Assembly (NCBI GenBank): GCA_965214095.1
Contig: OZ243938.1
Location: forward strand, 2,816,001 to 2,880,000
Origin: Candidatus Poribacteria bacterium
GTDB taxonomy: Bacteria; Poribacteria; WGA-4E; WGA-3G
Direction of reading: 5' to 3'
Length of the DNA: 64,000 nt
The notes under the pieces are model-generated. The model saw nothing but the letters and a program-made list of their open reading frames with translations, made no database searches and had not been told where the DNA came from. Made by a program: the position numbers and the translations under genes. Shown here in pieces: positions 9,010 to 18,771 of the stretch. Within the stretch, counting starts at the first letter, position 1. Each line of letters opens with the position of its first letter.

Positions 9010-11070
9010 TTATTCTCTGGTTTGCTTTACCTTAATCACTACAAGCGTTACATCATCTTCAGACGGTCTTCCGCGTGCCCATTTAGTACTTGCCTTAAAG
9101 AGGTGTTCAATAATTTCCTTTGGAGATTCATCTGCTACTTCTGTGAACAACTCTTTCGTTTTTGGATAATCTAACATCTCATCTTTGTGATTCAACATTT
9201 CTGGCAAGCCGTCACTCATTAGTAAGACAGTATCTCCAGCTTGAAGTTCAAACGACACTTCTTCACGTTCAGAACCAATACCTCCACCTAACGGCATTCC
9301 TTCAAGCAGTATTTCCTCAACAGTATCTTCGTTTGCATGATAGAGCAAAACAGGTGGCATCCCCGCTCCCGTCAGTGTCATTTTATTCTCCTCAAAAGTA
9401 GCGAGTGTCATTGCCATATACAGCCTTTTAAGATTCATGCTCTTAACACCTTGTGAGATGCGTTCAAGCGTCTCAGCATTTCCTGTTCCTGGTCTTGTAG
9501 TCTTGAAAAGGCTTTTGACAGCGGAAACAACGAGCCCCGCATTCATGCCGTGTCCAGTTGCATCTCCGATTGCAATCGTAAGTTTACCATCTTCTGTTAG
9601 GTTGTAGTCGTAATAATCTCCACCTACTTCTGTTGCGGGATGCATTTCAAAGTCAACATCAAGGTGAGATATATCCGGTGCTGCTTGTGGTAACATTGAC
9701 ATCTGTAGTTCACGGGCAGCTTCCAATTCCTCAGTTTTGCGAGTGTTTTCTACTTCCAAGAGTTGACGTTCAAGTTCTTCAGTTTCAAGTTTACGTCTTG
9801 TGCGGGAGAAGTTTCGTGCAAGATATACCGACATGGAGAAAAGTGGAGCGAGGATTATGATAAGAACTCCCCATTGCCAAGCAATTGTGAATCCTGTTTG
9901 TGCAATAAAAAAACTTAGTGCTATCGGCAGGATAAACGGTGAAAGTGAACCGAGTCCAAATATCCATGCACCATCCTTTTTCTTTACAATGGCAACAAAT
10001 ATAACCCGTGCCATTTCTAACAATGTGAAAATCGTACCCAGTAATAGGAGAAGAGTTGTTAAGCCTGTGTTGAAAGTAAAGGATGTGTTTTTCAGGAAAC
10101 TAATGGTGTAATTATTCACGTCAAACCAACTAACAAAGACAGTGAAAATCCAACCAAACAGCAATAAATAATAGATCTTTGGTCTCTTTGGATAAAAGAG
10201 TTTATACAGAAATAACAATCCGGACAGGAACATTAAGATATATACAAAGATAAGCAGCGTCAGCAGATTTCTAAGTTGAATTGCACTCGTTGCTAATAGA
10301 AAGAATTGGAAGATAAGATAAACAAAGGCACCAATACTGCCAGTTGAAATCGCAAAATATAGATTCTCCTTTGCACGTGGGAAAAAGAGATATAGCAATA
10401 GATGCTGCAGCATGAGAAAAACACAGATCGCAGTCCATACCATCTGTAATGTTGTGCCATGTCGAACAATATCAACACGAACTTTAATGCTTTCTTTCAA
10501 TGGTGCAATCACAAACCAAAAACCGAGAACAGGTAAAGATTGGTATGACGAAACATTTGAATACCTAACTGCGATTACATGGTCGGTCTCTCCAGAAAAT
10601 GTAATCTGCTGTGGGTTACGTTCCCAATACGGTTTCTCATCCTGTTTCTGCGTTGCTACTGACCCGAATTCATAAAGCAACTCACCATCAAGATAGATTT
10701 CAGATGCTCCAGCTTGATATACTATATTTAGAGCCAGTGGGGTATTCCAGAGTCGCTGATCTGGAATTGACAGATGTAGTCTAAACCATCCGATTCCGTT
10801 CCAGTTTTTTTCGAATAGTTCACTTTTTGGCAGGAGTGTGCCGAGGGTACCCATATATTCCCACTCAGAATCATCAAAAGTTGGACTTGCCCACTCAGGA
10901 TTATCACCCATTTGAAACTTCCATGGATAAACTTTAATGCCTGACTTTAATTCATCTGATGTGAGCACAAGTGATTCAGGAATAGAATCGTTGTCTTGCG
11001 CTGGCGCGTGGAAAATGAACATACTCATAATGATTATGAGAAGTAGGGTTAGAATAGACTTGTATTTCAT
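9010..11070 (-). CDS. Membrane sensor PP2C (SpoIIE/RsbU-type) phosphatase with an extracellular sugar-binding-like domain and 7TM region
   Basis: WKFQMGDNPEWASPTFDDSEW and GWFRLH extracellular domain; multiple TMs; EVGGDYYD, GDATGHG, SDGLPE and EDDVTLV PP2C motifs. Confidence 0.85.
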   Translation of the reverse strand: MKYKSILTLLLIIIMSMFIFHAPAQDNDSIPESLVLTSDELKSGIKVYPWKFQMGDNPEWASPTFDDSEWEYMGTLGTLLPKSELFEKNWNGIGWFRLHLSIPDQRLWNTPLALNIVYQAGASEIYLDGELLYEFGSVATQKQDEKPYWERNPQQITFSGETDHVIAVRYSNVSSYQSLPVLGFWFVIAPLKESIKVRVDIVRHGTTLQMVWTAICVFLMLQHLLLYLFFPRAKENLYFAISTGSIGAFVYLIFQFFLLATSAIQLRNLLTLLIFVYILMFLSGLLFLYKLFYPKRPKIYYLLLFGWIFTVFVSWFDVNNYTISFLKNTSFTFNTGLTTLLLLLGTIFTLLEMARVIFVAIVKKKDGAWIFGLGSLSPFILPIALSFFIAQTGFTIAWQWGVLIIILAPLFSMSVYLARNFSRTRRKLETEELERQLLEVENTRKTEELEAARELQMSMLPQAAPDISHLDVDFEMHPATEVGGDYYDYNLTEDGKLTIAIGDATGHGMNAGLVVSAVKSLFKTTRPGTGNAETLERISQGVKSMNLKRLYMAMTLATFEENKMTLTGAGMPPVLLYHANEDTVEEILLEGMPLGGGIGSEREEVSFELQAGDTVLLMSDGLPEMLNHKDEMLDYPKTKELFTEVADESPKEIIEHLFKASTKWARGRPSEDDVTLVVIKVKQTRE

Positions 11071-11177
11071 TATGAATTTGAACGGTGGTGTATATTGTAG
11101 TTTTTCCTTTTATATTACTACGTCTGCGTTGAAATGGCAAGGGTATTTTGGCATGTTGGCAAGTGTAGCAAATTCGG

Positions 11178-11206
11178 TTGATTATTCACGGTCTATATGC
11201 TATTAT
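11178..11206 (+). promoter_or_regulatory. Sigma70-type promoter for the DUF488 operon, probably near-leaderless
   Basis: TTGATT-17 bp-TATTAT with extended -10 TG; ATG lies 9 nt downstream with no SD. Confidence 0.5.
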
Positions 11207-11215
11207 CTTTATATT

Positions 11216-11770
11216 ATGGATAAGAAAACAGACACCATTCCAATTTGGACGATAGGCTACGGAAGCCGTTCCATTTCTGAGTTTATTGATGTCCTTAAGC
11301 AATATGAGATTGCCTATCTTATTGATGTTCGATCGGTCCCACATTCAGGTTATAAGCCAGAATTCTCCAAAAATCAACTTGCCAATGAAGTTGAACAACA
11401 CGGCATTCGTTATGTGTTTATGGGTGACCTGCTCGGTGGGAAACCTGATGATGAATCGTGTTATGTTAACGGAATTGTTGATTATGAGAAGGTTAAGGAG
11501 GCGGAATTCTATCAGCGTGGTATTGAACGTCTACGGACTGCTTGGACGCAACAGCAGCGTGTTGCACTTATGTGTGCTGAGGGGAAGCCAGAACATTGCC
11601 ATCGCACTAAACTTGTCAGTGCTACCCTCACTGATGAAGATTTGCCTGTTGTCCATATTGACGAAAATAGTGAAGAGATGACTCAGGAACAGATCATTGA
11701 TCGGATTACGGGTGGACAGATGAATTTGTTTGGGGATGATATGTTTCACTCGCGTAAGAAGCACAAATAA
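11216..11770 (+). CDS. DUF488-family protein (1)
   Basis: IWTIGYGSRS, LIDVRSVPHS, Y..MGDLLGG and LMCAEGKPEHCHR motifs. Start moved from 10937 because that extension overlaps the divergent gene. Confidence 0.85.
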   Translation: MDKKTDTIPIWTIGYGSRSISEFIDVLKQYEIAYLIDVRSVPHSGYKPEFSKNQLANEVEQHGIRYVFMGDLLGGKPDDESCYVNGIVDYEKVKEAEFYQRGIERLRTAWTQQQRVALMCAEGKPEHCHRTKLVSATLTDEDLPVVHIDENSEEMTQEQIIDRITGGQMNLFGDDMFHSRKKHK

Positions 11771-11776
11771 TATATT

Positions 11777-12268
11777 ATGAAAAAGATTAAAGTAGTCACC
11801 ATCGGTGTATACGGTTTTGATGAGACAAGTTTTTTTGACGCACTGTGCAAAGCAAGAGTTGATACCTTCTGCGATATTCGTAGTCGGCGCGGGGTCCGTG
11901 GTTCTACCTATGCATTCGCGAATAGTAAGAGGCTGCAAGCACGGCTTGTTGAACTTGGCATCCGATATATTCATCGTAAAGATCTTGCACCGACGCAATC
12001 TGTCAGAGAGAAACAAGCGGCAGCAGATAAAGCAACGAAAACCGCTAAACGCAAACGGACTGAACTCGGTGAAGTTTTCATTGAAGCATATCGCACTGAA
12101 TGTCTTGATGCATTTGAACCTAAAAGTCTATTTGAGGAATTAGAATCGGATGCTCGGATTGTGGCATTTTTCTGTGTGGAAACTGTCCCAGAGGCATGCC
12201 ACCGCTCATTAGTAGCTGAAAAACTTGCACAAGCATTCAATTGGGAGGTAGAAGATATCTTACCGTGA
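11777..12268 (+). CDS. DUF488-family protein (2)
   Basis: VVTIGVYG, FCDIRSRR, YIHRKDLAP and FCVETVPEACHRSLVA motifs. Confidence 0.85.
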   Translation: MKKIKVVTIGVYGFDETSFFDALCKARVDTFCDIRSRRGVRGSTYAFANSKRLQARLVELGIRYIHRKDLAPTQSVREKQAAADKATKTAKRKRTELGEVFIEAYRTECLDAFEPKSLFEELESDARIVAFFCVETVPEACHRSLVAEKLAQAFNWEVEDILP

Positions 12269-14766
12269 GAGTATTGATTGTTGCAAAAACACGAATGGGT
12301 AGCGGTGCGTGTATCGGAGGGATAACAGAGATAGGAGAGAGTGTCCGACTCATTCCATTGAATGCTGATCCGCATGATGGTGCAAACAGAGAATATGAGA
12401 TTGGTGATATTTGGGAAATTACTGGTGAGCCAGAAACTTCGCTGATTCCACCACACAATGAGAACTTTGTTGTCCATAGTCAGTTACGACTTTATAGGAC
12501 AGAAGATACGAGAGAATTGATAGGTGCGATTGAACTCTTGATGCCGTCGAAAACAGGAAATCCGTTGAAGTTGTATGAAGGCTTACTGAAAATTACAGAC
12601 AGCGGCTCGCTCTACCTTCCACCGGGAAGTGATGTGCTACCTTACAGCACCATGTTTTGGCGAACAGATAAGGAACTCATCCTTGAAACAGATAAAAAGA
12701 AACTACGTTATCGTTATCCGACTGAAAATGGCGGTTGTACGCTCACTTTTGTCGGCTATCAAGATCCGCCAAGAGCAATTCCAAAAGGTACACTTCTGCG
12801 TGTGTCACTTGCTCATTGGTGGCGACCAGACAACACGTCACACGTTGAACTGCGTTGCTACGTGCAAATTTCCGGATGGTTTTTTGAAGAGGTGGAACCA
12901 GTGCTTCCGGAACCGTCCCGAAAAATGAAACTGCCACCATCTCCGATTTTAACACAAAATCCTTTAGAAATGCTTGAGAATGTTTTTGGGCATGAAGAGT
13001 TTCGTCCACTTCAGAAGGCTATCATTGATAATATCCTCAACAGACAAAATGCCCTGGTTGTTCTACCAACAGGGGGCGGAAAGTCACTCTGCTATCAATT
13101 GCCAGCACTCATTTTTGATGGATTAACTGTGGTTGTTTCTCCACTAATTGCCCTCATGCAAGATCAGGTGATGCAGTTGGAACAGAAAGGAGTCAGTGCA
13201 GCTTTTCTCAACTTTATGATTGAGGAAGAAGAGTATGTGGTCACAATGCATAAGGTCAGACAGGGTGAAATTAAGTTGCTTTATCTTGCCCCTGAAACAC
13301 TTGTTAAGTCTGAAATACTCGTAATGCTTGATGAAGCGAACGTCGCATGCCTTGCGATTGATGAAGCGCACTGCATTTCGCAGTGGGGACACGATTTTCG
13401 TCCAGATTATCGAGAATTAGTCTCCATTCGTCAACGCTTTCCAAACGCTGTTTGTGTGGCACTAACAGCTACAGCTACTCCACGGGTTCAAGATGATATT
13501 AAGCAGTTGTTAGGAATTCATGATGATAACAAGTTTATTGCCAGTTTTGACAGACAAAACCTTTTTATCGCCGTTGAGCCAAGGTTTAATTTACTCGGGC
13601 AAACATTAACATTTCTTAATAAGCATACGAATGGATCTGGTATAATCTACTGTCAAAGGAGAAAACAAGTTGAATCGCTTTATCAGGATTTAGTAGCACA
13701 TGGGATTTCGGCACTGCCCTATCACGCAGGACTTGATGGTGAGACCCGCAAACAAAATCAAGAGGCTTTCATTAATGGTGACACCCGAGTGATAGTTGCT
13801 ACAATTGCGTTTGGGATGGGCATAGATAAAGCAGATGTACGTTGTGTCCTACATGCTGGATTACCAAAGAATCCAGAATCTTATTATCAGGAAATTGGAC
13901 GCGCTGGCAGGGATGAGCTCCGATCAGCATGTCTCTTGTTATTTGATAATGAAGATGCTGAAATTATCAACGATTTCATTGATCAAGGTGCCCCATCTGA
14001 ACGGGAAGGACGACTCAAACGATTACAGACGCTTGTTTCATGGGCGACTTCAACAGAGTGCCGCCGCAAAGAATTGCTAGGCTATTTCGGAGAAGAATAC
14101 GAGACACAGAATTGTGGAATGTGTGACAACTGTTACAATACTGAAATAGAACAGGTTGACTTGACAGAACCAGCGCAAAAATTTCTCTCTGGTGTTTACC
14201 GAACTAATCAGATTTTCGGAGAAGTATATATCATTGATGTTTTAAGAGGTTCACGACGAAAAAAGATTCTTGATAACGAGCATGACAAAATCAAGACCCA
14301 TGGCATTGGCAGAGAGTATAACAAGGACCAATGGCGATATTTGGCACATCAATTCCTCAAACACCAACTGTTAGAGCGAGATTCGCGGTTCGGTAGTCTT
14401 TGTTTAACAAAAAAAGGATGGGACATCCTTAAAAATAGAGAGAAATTTTGGGGACTTCCTGTAGATACAGTAAATCACGTAACCGAAATGGTAAATACTT
14501 ATGAATCAATATCCGAACCAAACCTATCCGCTCCTGAACTTTTCGACCAACTTCGTGCCAAGCGTAAAAGTATAGCAGATCAGGAACGGTTACCAGCATT
14601 CTGTATTTTTCACAACAAAACGTTGCTAACTATGGTGACAGATTTTCCGCAAACCAAAGAAGCCTTTATGCAGATTCGTGGTGTTGGACAAGTGAAAACA
14701 GAAAAGTATGCTGATATTTTCTTGCCGGTTATCCAGGCGTATTGCGAGGAACAGGGAATTGATTGA
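12265..14766 (+). CDS. recQ: RecQ helicase with an extra ~210-aa N-terminal domain (Dual-OB-like)
   Basis: PTGGGKS, DEAHCISQWGHDFRP, TATAT, ATIAFGMGIDK, YYQEIGRAGRD, Zn motif CRR..CGMCDNC, RQC and HRDC regions. GTG start overlaps the upstream TGA (GTGA). Confidence 0.9.
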   Translation: MRVLIVAKTRMGSGACIGGITEIGESVRLIPLNADPHDGANREYEIGDIWEITGEPETSLIPPHNENFVVHSQLRLYRTEDTRELIGAIELLMPSKTGNPLKLYEGLLKITDSGSLYLPPGSDVLPYSTMFWRTDKELILETDKKKLRYRYPTENGGCTLTFVGYQDPPRAIPKGTLLRVSLAHWWRPDNTSHVELRCYVQISGWFFEEVEPVLPEPSRKMKLPPSPILTQNPLEMLENVFGHEEFRPLQKAIIDNILNRQNALVVLPTGGGKSLCYQLPALIFDGLTVVVSPLIALMQDQVMQLEQKGVSAAFLNFMIEEEEYVVTMHKVRQGEIKLLYLAPETLVKSEILVMLDEANVACLAIDEAHCISQWGHDFRPDYRELVSIRQRFPNAVCVALTATATPRVQDDIKQLLGIHDDNKFIASFDRQNLFIAVEPRFNLLGQTLTFLNKHTNGSGIIYCQRRKQVESLYQDLVAHGISALPYHAGLDGETRKQNQEAFINGDTRVIVATIAFGMGIDKADVRCVLHAGLPKNPESYYQEIGRAGRDELRSACLLLFDNEDAEIINDFIDQGAPSEREGRLKRLQTLVSWATSTECRRKELLGYFGEEYETQNCGMCDNCYNTEIEQVDLTEPAQKFLSGVYRTNQIFGEVYIIDVLRGSRRKKILDNEHDKIKTHGIGREYNKDQWRYLAHQFLKHQLLERDSRFGSLCLTKKGWDILKNREKFWGLPVDTVNHVTEMVNTYESISEPNLSAPELFDQLRAKRKSIADQERLPAFCIFHNKTLLTMVTDFPQTKEAFMQIRGVGQVKTEKYADIFLPVIQAYCEEQGID

Positions 14767-14882
14767 AATGCCTCTTTTATTCCGTTTCAGAAGTATTTGG
14801 AACCTTTGAAGGCATTTCCTGCATCATAGGAATAACATAACTCCGAATCGTCAACTCCTCTATCGTCTCCGTAAAGATGTTG

Positions 14883-15803
14883 TTATATGTCTCCAATCTT
14901 CCCCAAAATATACCCAACAGCATCCGATATTTCCTCACGATCAACCCACTCAATACGTGCGTCTTTCCGAAACCATGTCATCTGCCGTTTTGCAAATCGT
15001 CGGGTGTTCTGTTTTAGTTGTTCAACTGCTTCTATATAAGTACATTTCCCATCAAGATACGCAATCAATTCTTTATAGCCAAAACTTTGGAGAGCAAAAT
15101 TATCACGGGAATATCCTGCAGCTAATAACGACTCAACCTCTGCAATCAATCCATTTGCAAGCATTATGTCTACGCGTTGTTCAATGCGGCAGTAAAGTAG
15201 TTCACGTGGCATTGTGAGTCCAAAAGCGATAAATGGATAACGTTGGTTTTCAGGTTTCCATTGCTGCTGGTGTTCAGACATAGGAGTACCTGTTAGTTCA
15301 TAAACTTCAAGCGCACGGATGACGCGGATAACGTTGTTAGGATGGATACGTTCTGCAGATTCTGGATCGCAAGTTCGGAGACGATTATGCAGCACATCAA
15401 CGCCGTGTGCTGATGCTTCCTGCTCAAGTCGTTTACGAAGTGAAGGGTCTGCCGCAGGTCCTTCAAACAAACCATCAACAATGGCGCGGAAATAGAGACC
15501 AGCACCACCAACGAGTAATACTTGTTTACCCCTATTTTGTATATCAGCAATTGCTGTATCTGTGAGGGATTGATAGTCTGCGACAGAGAAAGGTTGTGTG
15601 ATGTCTACACAATCTATGAGGTGGTGCCGTGCTGCTTGTTGTTCTTCGGGAGTAGGTTTGGCGGTCCCGATGTCCATCTGACGATATATCTGTCGGGAAT
15701 CAACGGAGATAATTTCGGCATTGAGACGTTGGGCAAGTTGAATTGCTATTTCAGTTTTGCCAGATGCTGTGGGACCGAGGAGACAGAGGAGTTTCGGTTT
15801 CAT
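14883..15803 (-). CDS. miaA: tRNA dimethylallyltransferase
   Basis: GPTASGKT, SVDSRQIYRQMDIGTAKP and RRFAKRQMTWF motifs. Confidence 0.95.
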   Translation of the reverse strand: MKPKLLCLLGPTASGKTEIAIQLAQRLNAEIISVDSRQIYRQMDIGTAKPTPEEQQAARHHLIDCVDITQPFSVADYQSLTDTAIADIQNRGKQVLLVGGAGLYFRAIVDGLFEGPAADPSLRKRLEQEASAHGVDVLHNRLRTCDPESAERIHPNNVIRVIRALEVYELTGTPMSEHQQQWKPENQRYPFIAFGLTMPRELLYCRIEQRVDIMLANGLIAEVESLLAAGYSRDNFALQSFGYKELIAYLDGKCTYIEAVEQLKQNTRRFAKRQMTWFRKDARIEWVDREEISDAVGYILGKIGDI

Positions 15804-15813
15804 CTATCAAATG

Positions 15814-16347
15814 TTATTGCGTGGACAAGGAATCAGTCAAGTTCGGTAACCATCGTGAAAAGAAATGGATCGCCTCATCATCTTGGCGATGTGGTGCAAG
15901 TAGGTATTTTCCTTTAGATCTTTCTGAATAGCCAAGAACATAGAAACCGATTGAATGATGGTATCCAACAGCAACAATGCCAACCGCATTAAGACCGATG
16001 GCGATCACACCAACTGCGTTTGTCCCGATGGCGACAACCCCTACAACGTTTACCCCGAAAACAAACACCCCTGCCATGTTAATACCAACTGAGACTATGC
16101 TGATGGCGCATACGCCTAATGTAATAACACTATAATGAATGTTCCCTCCATCAAATATAGCACCTATATCCATAAACCAAGAAGTGAGCAGATGTGAAAA
16201 ATCCCAACTGCGTATAGGAATGCATATAGTGATAAAAGTTATGAAGGTTATTAATACTGCGTAAACGATGCTCCACTTTACCAAATAAGGCTTAAATGCA
16301 TTTTTAAAGTTTTCAGCGTTTGACATATCTTGTGATGTATCTTGCAT
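15814..16347 (-). CDS. Membrane protein with a period-5 glycine repeat
   Basis: Hydrophobic segments and GINMAGVFVFGVNVVGVVAIGTNAVGVIAIGLNAVG; AGGAG RBS; lies between mnmA and miaA. Confidence 0.7.
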   Translation of the reverse strand: MQDTSQDMSNAENFKNAFKPYLVKWSIVYAVLITFITFITICIPIRSWDFSHLLTSWFMDIGAIFDGGNIHYSVITLGVCAISIVSVGINMAGVFVFGVNVVGVVAIGTNAVGVIAIGLNAVGIVAVGYHHSIGFYVLGYSERSKGKYLLAPHRQDDEAIHFFSRWLPNLTDSLSTQ

Positions 16348-16363
16348 TGAGTTGTCTCCTTAT

Positions 16364-17458
16364 TTACGTTGCAGTGTTGCCAGCATTTACAATCCAACCA
16401 CCACCAAGAACGTATTCTCCATCATAAAAGACGGTGGCTTGACCGGGGGTGATTGCGCGACGTGGTTCGTCAAACTTAACAACTGCTTCTGTCTCACTCA
16501 CGGGAGTAATTGTCGCAGGACCACCCTCGTCACGAGAACGGATTTTAACGTGTGCGCGTATCGGTTCTGTCATCTTCTCAATTGAGATGAGGTTGATACG
16601 TTCTACGTGCATAGTATCTTCAAGGAGATCGTCATGTTCTCCGACAACGACGGTGTTATCTGATGCGTCGAGTTTCGTCACATAAAGCGGCTTGCCGACT
16701 GCGATGCCTAACCCACGACGTTGTCCAACGGTATAAAATGGCACACCTTGATGCTTGCCGAGTACTTTACCATCCTGGTCAATAATATTGCCACCTTCAA
16801 TCTTTTCAGGAATTCTATCTTGAAGGAACCTTCTATAATTGGTATCTGCGACGAAACAGAGTTCCTGACTTTCAATCTTTTCGGCTGTTCGCAACTGATA
16901 CTTGCGTGCGAGGTCACGCACTTCTGCTTTTGTATATTCACCGAGAGGCATCATGGCACATCGTAATTGCTCCTGTGTGAGTGCAGCAAGGAAATAGGAT
17001 TGATCTTTGCTAACATCAAGTGCCTTTCGTAAAAGATAACGACTTGTCTCAGGATGCTGTTCAATTCGGGCATAATGTCCTGTGGCTATTGTCTCACATT
17101 CCAATGATTTTGCCAGGTCAAGGAGTTTCCCGAATTTGAGTTTACGGTTACAGACCATGCATGGACTTGGTGTGCGACCAACGAGATATTCTTCTACAAA
17201 ATAGTCAATAATCTGTTCTCGGAATATATCTTCGTAATTCACGCCATAAAAAGGGATTCCAAGTTGTGTGGCAACGCGCCGCGCATCCTCAATGCCTTCA
17301 AGTGAACAGCAATTGGGACGTTCCGGTTCTACTTCAATGGTATCAGGCGCACCGAGCCGCATAGTGATGCCTGTGACATCATATCCAGTGTCAACCATCA
17401 TGGCAGCGGTAACAGAACTATCTACGCCACCGCTCATTGCGACGAGTACTTTTTCCAT
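16364..17458 (-). CDS. mnmA: tRNA 2-thiouridylase
   Basis: AMSGGVDSS, TPSPCMVCN, ATGHYAR, KDQSYFL, ESQELCF, YTVGQRRGL and ITPGQATVFY motifs. Confidence 0.95.
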   Translation of the reverse strand: MEKVLVAMSGGVDSSVTAAMMVDTGYDVTGITMRLGAPDTIEVEPERPNCCSLEGIEDARRVATQLGIPFYGVNYEDIFREQIIDYFVEEYLVGRTPSPCMVCNRKLKFGKLLDLAKSLECETIATGHYARIEQHPETSRYLLRKALDVSKDQSYFLAALTQEQLRCAMMPLGEYTKAEVRDLARKYQLRTAEKIESQELCFVADTNYRRFLQDRIPEKIEGGNIIDQDGKVLGKHQGVPFYTVGQRRGLGIAVGKPLYVTKLDASDNTVVVGEHDDLLEDTMHVERINLISIEKMTEPIRAHVKIRSRDEGGPATITPVSETEAVVKFDEPRRAITPGQATVFYDGEYVLGGGWIVNAGNTAT

Positions 17459-17497
17459 GGGATATTACCTTGGGGTGTTTACGGTATAAGGTATTTA

Positions 17498-18664
17498 CTA
17501 CGCTTCAACTTGCCAATGTTCATTGCCAGCATAGCGTGCATCATAAACATCTTGATTAAATTCCAAACCGAGACCGGGTGTATCGGGCACTGTGAACGTT
17601 CCATCTGAGAATTCATAACCAGAAACATCAATTACATCACTGGTTAACGTTGCGACTTCACCGTAAAGAAAATGTGGGATCGATTTTGCGAATTGGAGAC
17701 TGAGGAAAAACCCGAGTAGAGAACCCCAGTTATGTGGAGCACATTGGACATTACCCGCAGCTGCCATATCAGAAAGTCGTCTCCAACCTGTCACACCAAG
17801 TCCTTTCATGTCGTGTTGGATGACATCAAGGACACCCGCTTCAAAGAACGGATCGTAGAATTCAAGTGGAGCACGGGTGCGGGTTTCACCATCAGCGATT
17901 AAGGTGTTTAAGCCTTTTTCTTGGATATATGCTTTTAAGTTGCGGTATAATTCAACATCTTCTTCAAACATCTCTTCAATCCAGAACACATCACATTCAC
18001 TTGTTTCGTCAAGGAAAGTGATCACTTCATCGTAAGTATATGCGTTGTTCGCATCAACGAGGATATTGTAACCGTCTCCTGCAATGCTTCGGGCAAGTTG
18101 CACGACCTCTATGTCCCGTTCTAACCCGGCTTTACGTTCCATGAGATGATTGCCGCGTCCCATTTTCATTTTGCACGCGGTGAATCCATCTGTCAGACTC
18201 TTCTTGACATCATCCTCTATGCGTTTGAGACCTTCGGCTTTTGTTTCATATAACAGATCGTTGAAATAAATTGTGCTATCATACGCAGGTAATCCGTTAC
18301 CGTAAGATTCAGTTCCCATGAGTTGATATGCAGGTTTTCCAAGAATTTTCCCGATTGTATCCCACAAGGCATTTTCAAATCCACGGTATTTTTCAACAAC
18401 TCCATTTTCAGGATTCAACAAATCAAACGGATTCTTATTGATGGCAGACTTTGCTTCTTCTGCGGATGACCCCCAACTTGTTGCTCCCCAACCGAGTGTG
18501 CCATCATTGGTATATATACGCGTAATTCCTTCACGCCACTTACCATTGGGATCAGGTTGTTTTATCTCTTTTGCCCCTGAATTACAACCGATTGCTGGTT
18601 GATCAATTTCAATTGTAACCTGTTCAATTTTGATTATCTTGATATCCTTCGGATAATTAGGCAT
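17498..18664 (-). CDS. Mandelate racemase/muconate lactonizing enzyme family (enolase superfamily)
   Basis: ALWD..GK..GKP, KMKMG, VDANN, WIEE, DGE and PHNWG motifs. Confidence 0.85.
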   Translation of the reverse strand: MPNYPKDIKIIKIEQVTIEIDQPAIGCNSGAKEIKQPDPNGKWREGITRIYTNDGTLGWGATSWGSSAEEAKSAINKNPFDLLNPENGVVEKYRGFENALWDTIGKILGKPAYQLMGTESYGNGLPAYDSTIYFNDLLYETKAEGLKRIEDDVKKSLTDGFTACKMKMGRGNHLMERKAGLERDIEVVQLARSIAGDGYNILVDANNAYTYDEVITFLDETSECDVFWIEEMFEEDVELYRNLKAYIQEKGLNTLIADGETRTRAPLEFYDPFFEAGVLDVIQHDMKGLGVTGWRRLSDMAAAGNVQCAPHNWGSLLGFFLSLQFAKSIPHFLYGEVATLTSDVIDVSGYEFSDGTFTVPDTPGLGLEFNQDVYDARYAGNEHWQVEA

Positions 18665-18771
18665 GTGTTCAAATCCCCTTCAATTGTGGCAGCATACATC
18701 TATAGGATAAGGATACTAAGGTTGTGTTTGATTGGAAAAGTAAAATTACTTCATGTATCTAATCAACAAGT

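Noticed and set aside
10937-11215. 93-aa N-terminal extension of the first DUF488 protein
   Set aside because: It overlaps the divergent phosphatase gene and both promoters; DUF488 similarity begins after ATG 11216.
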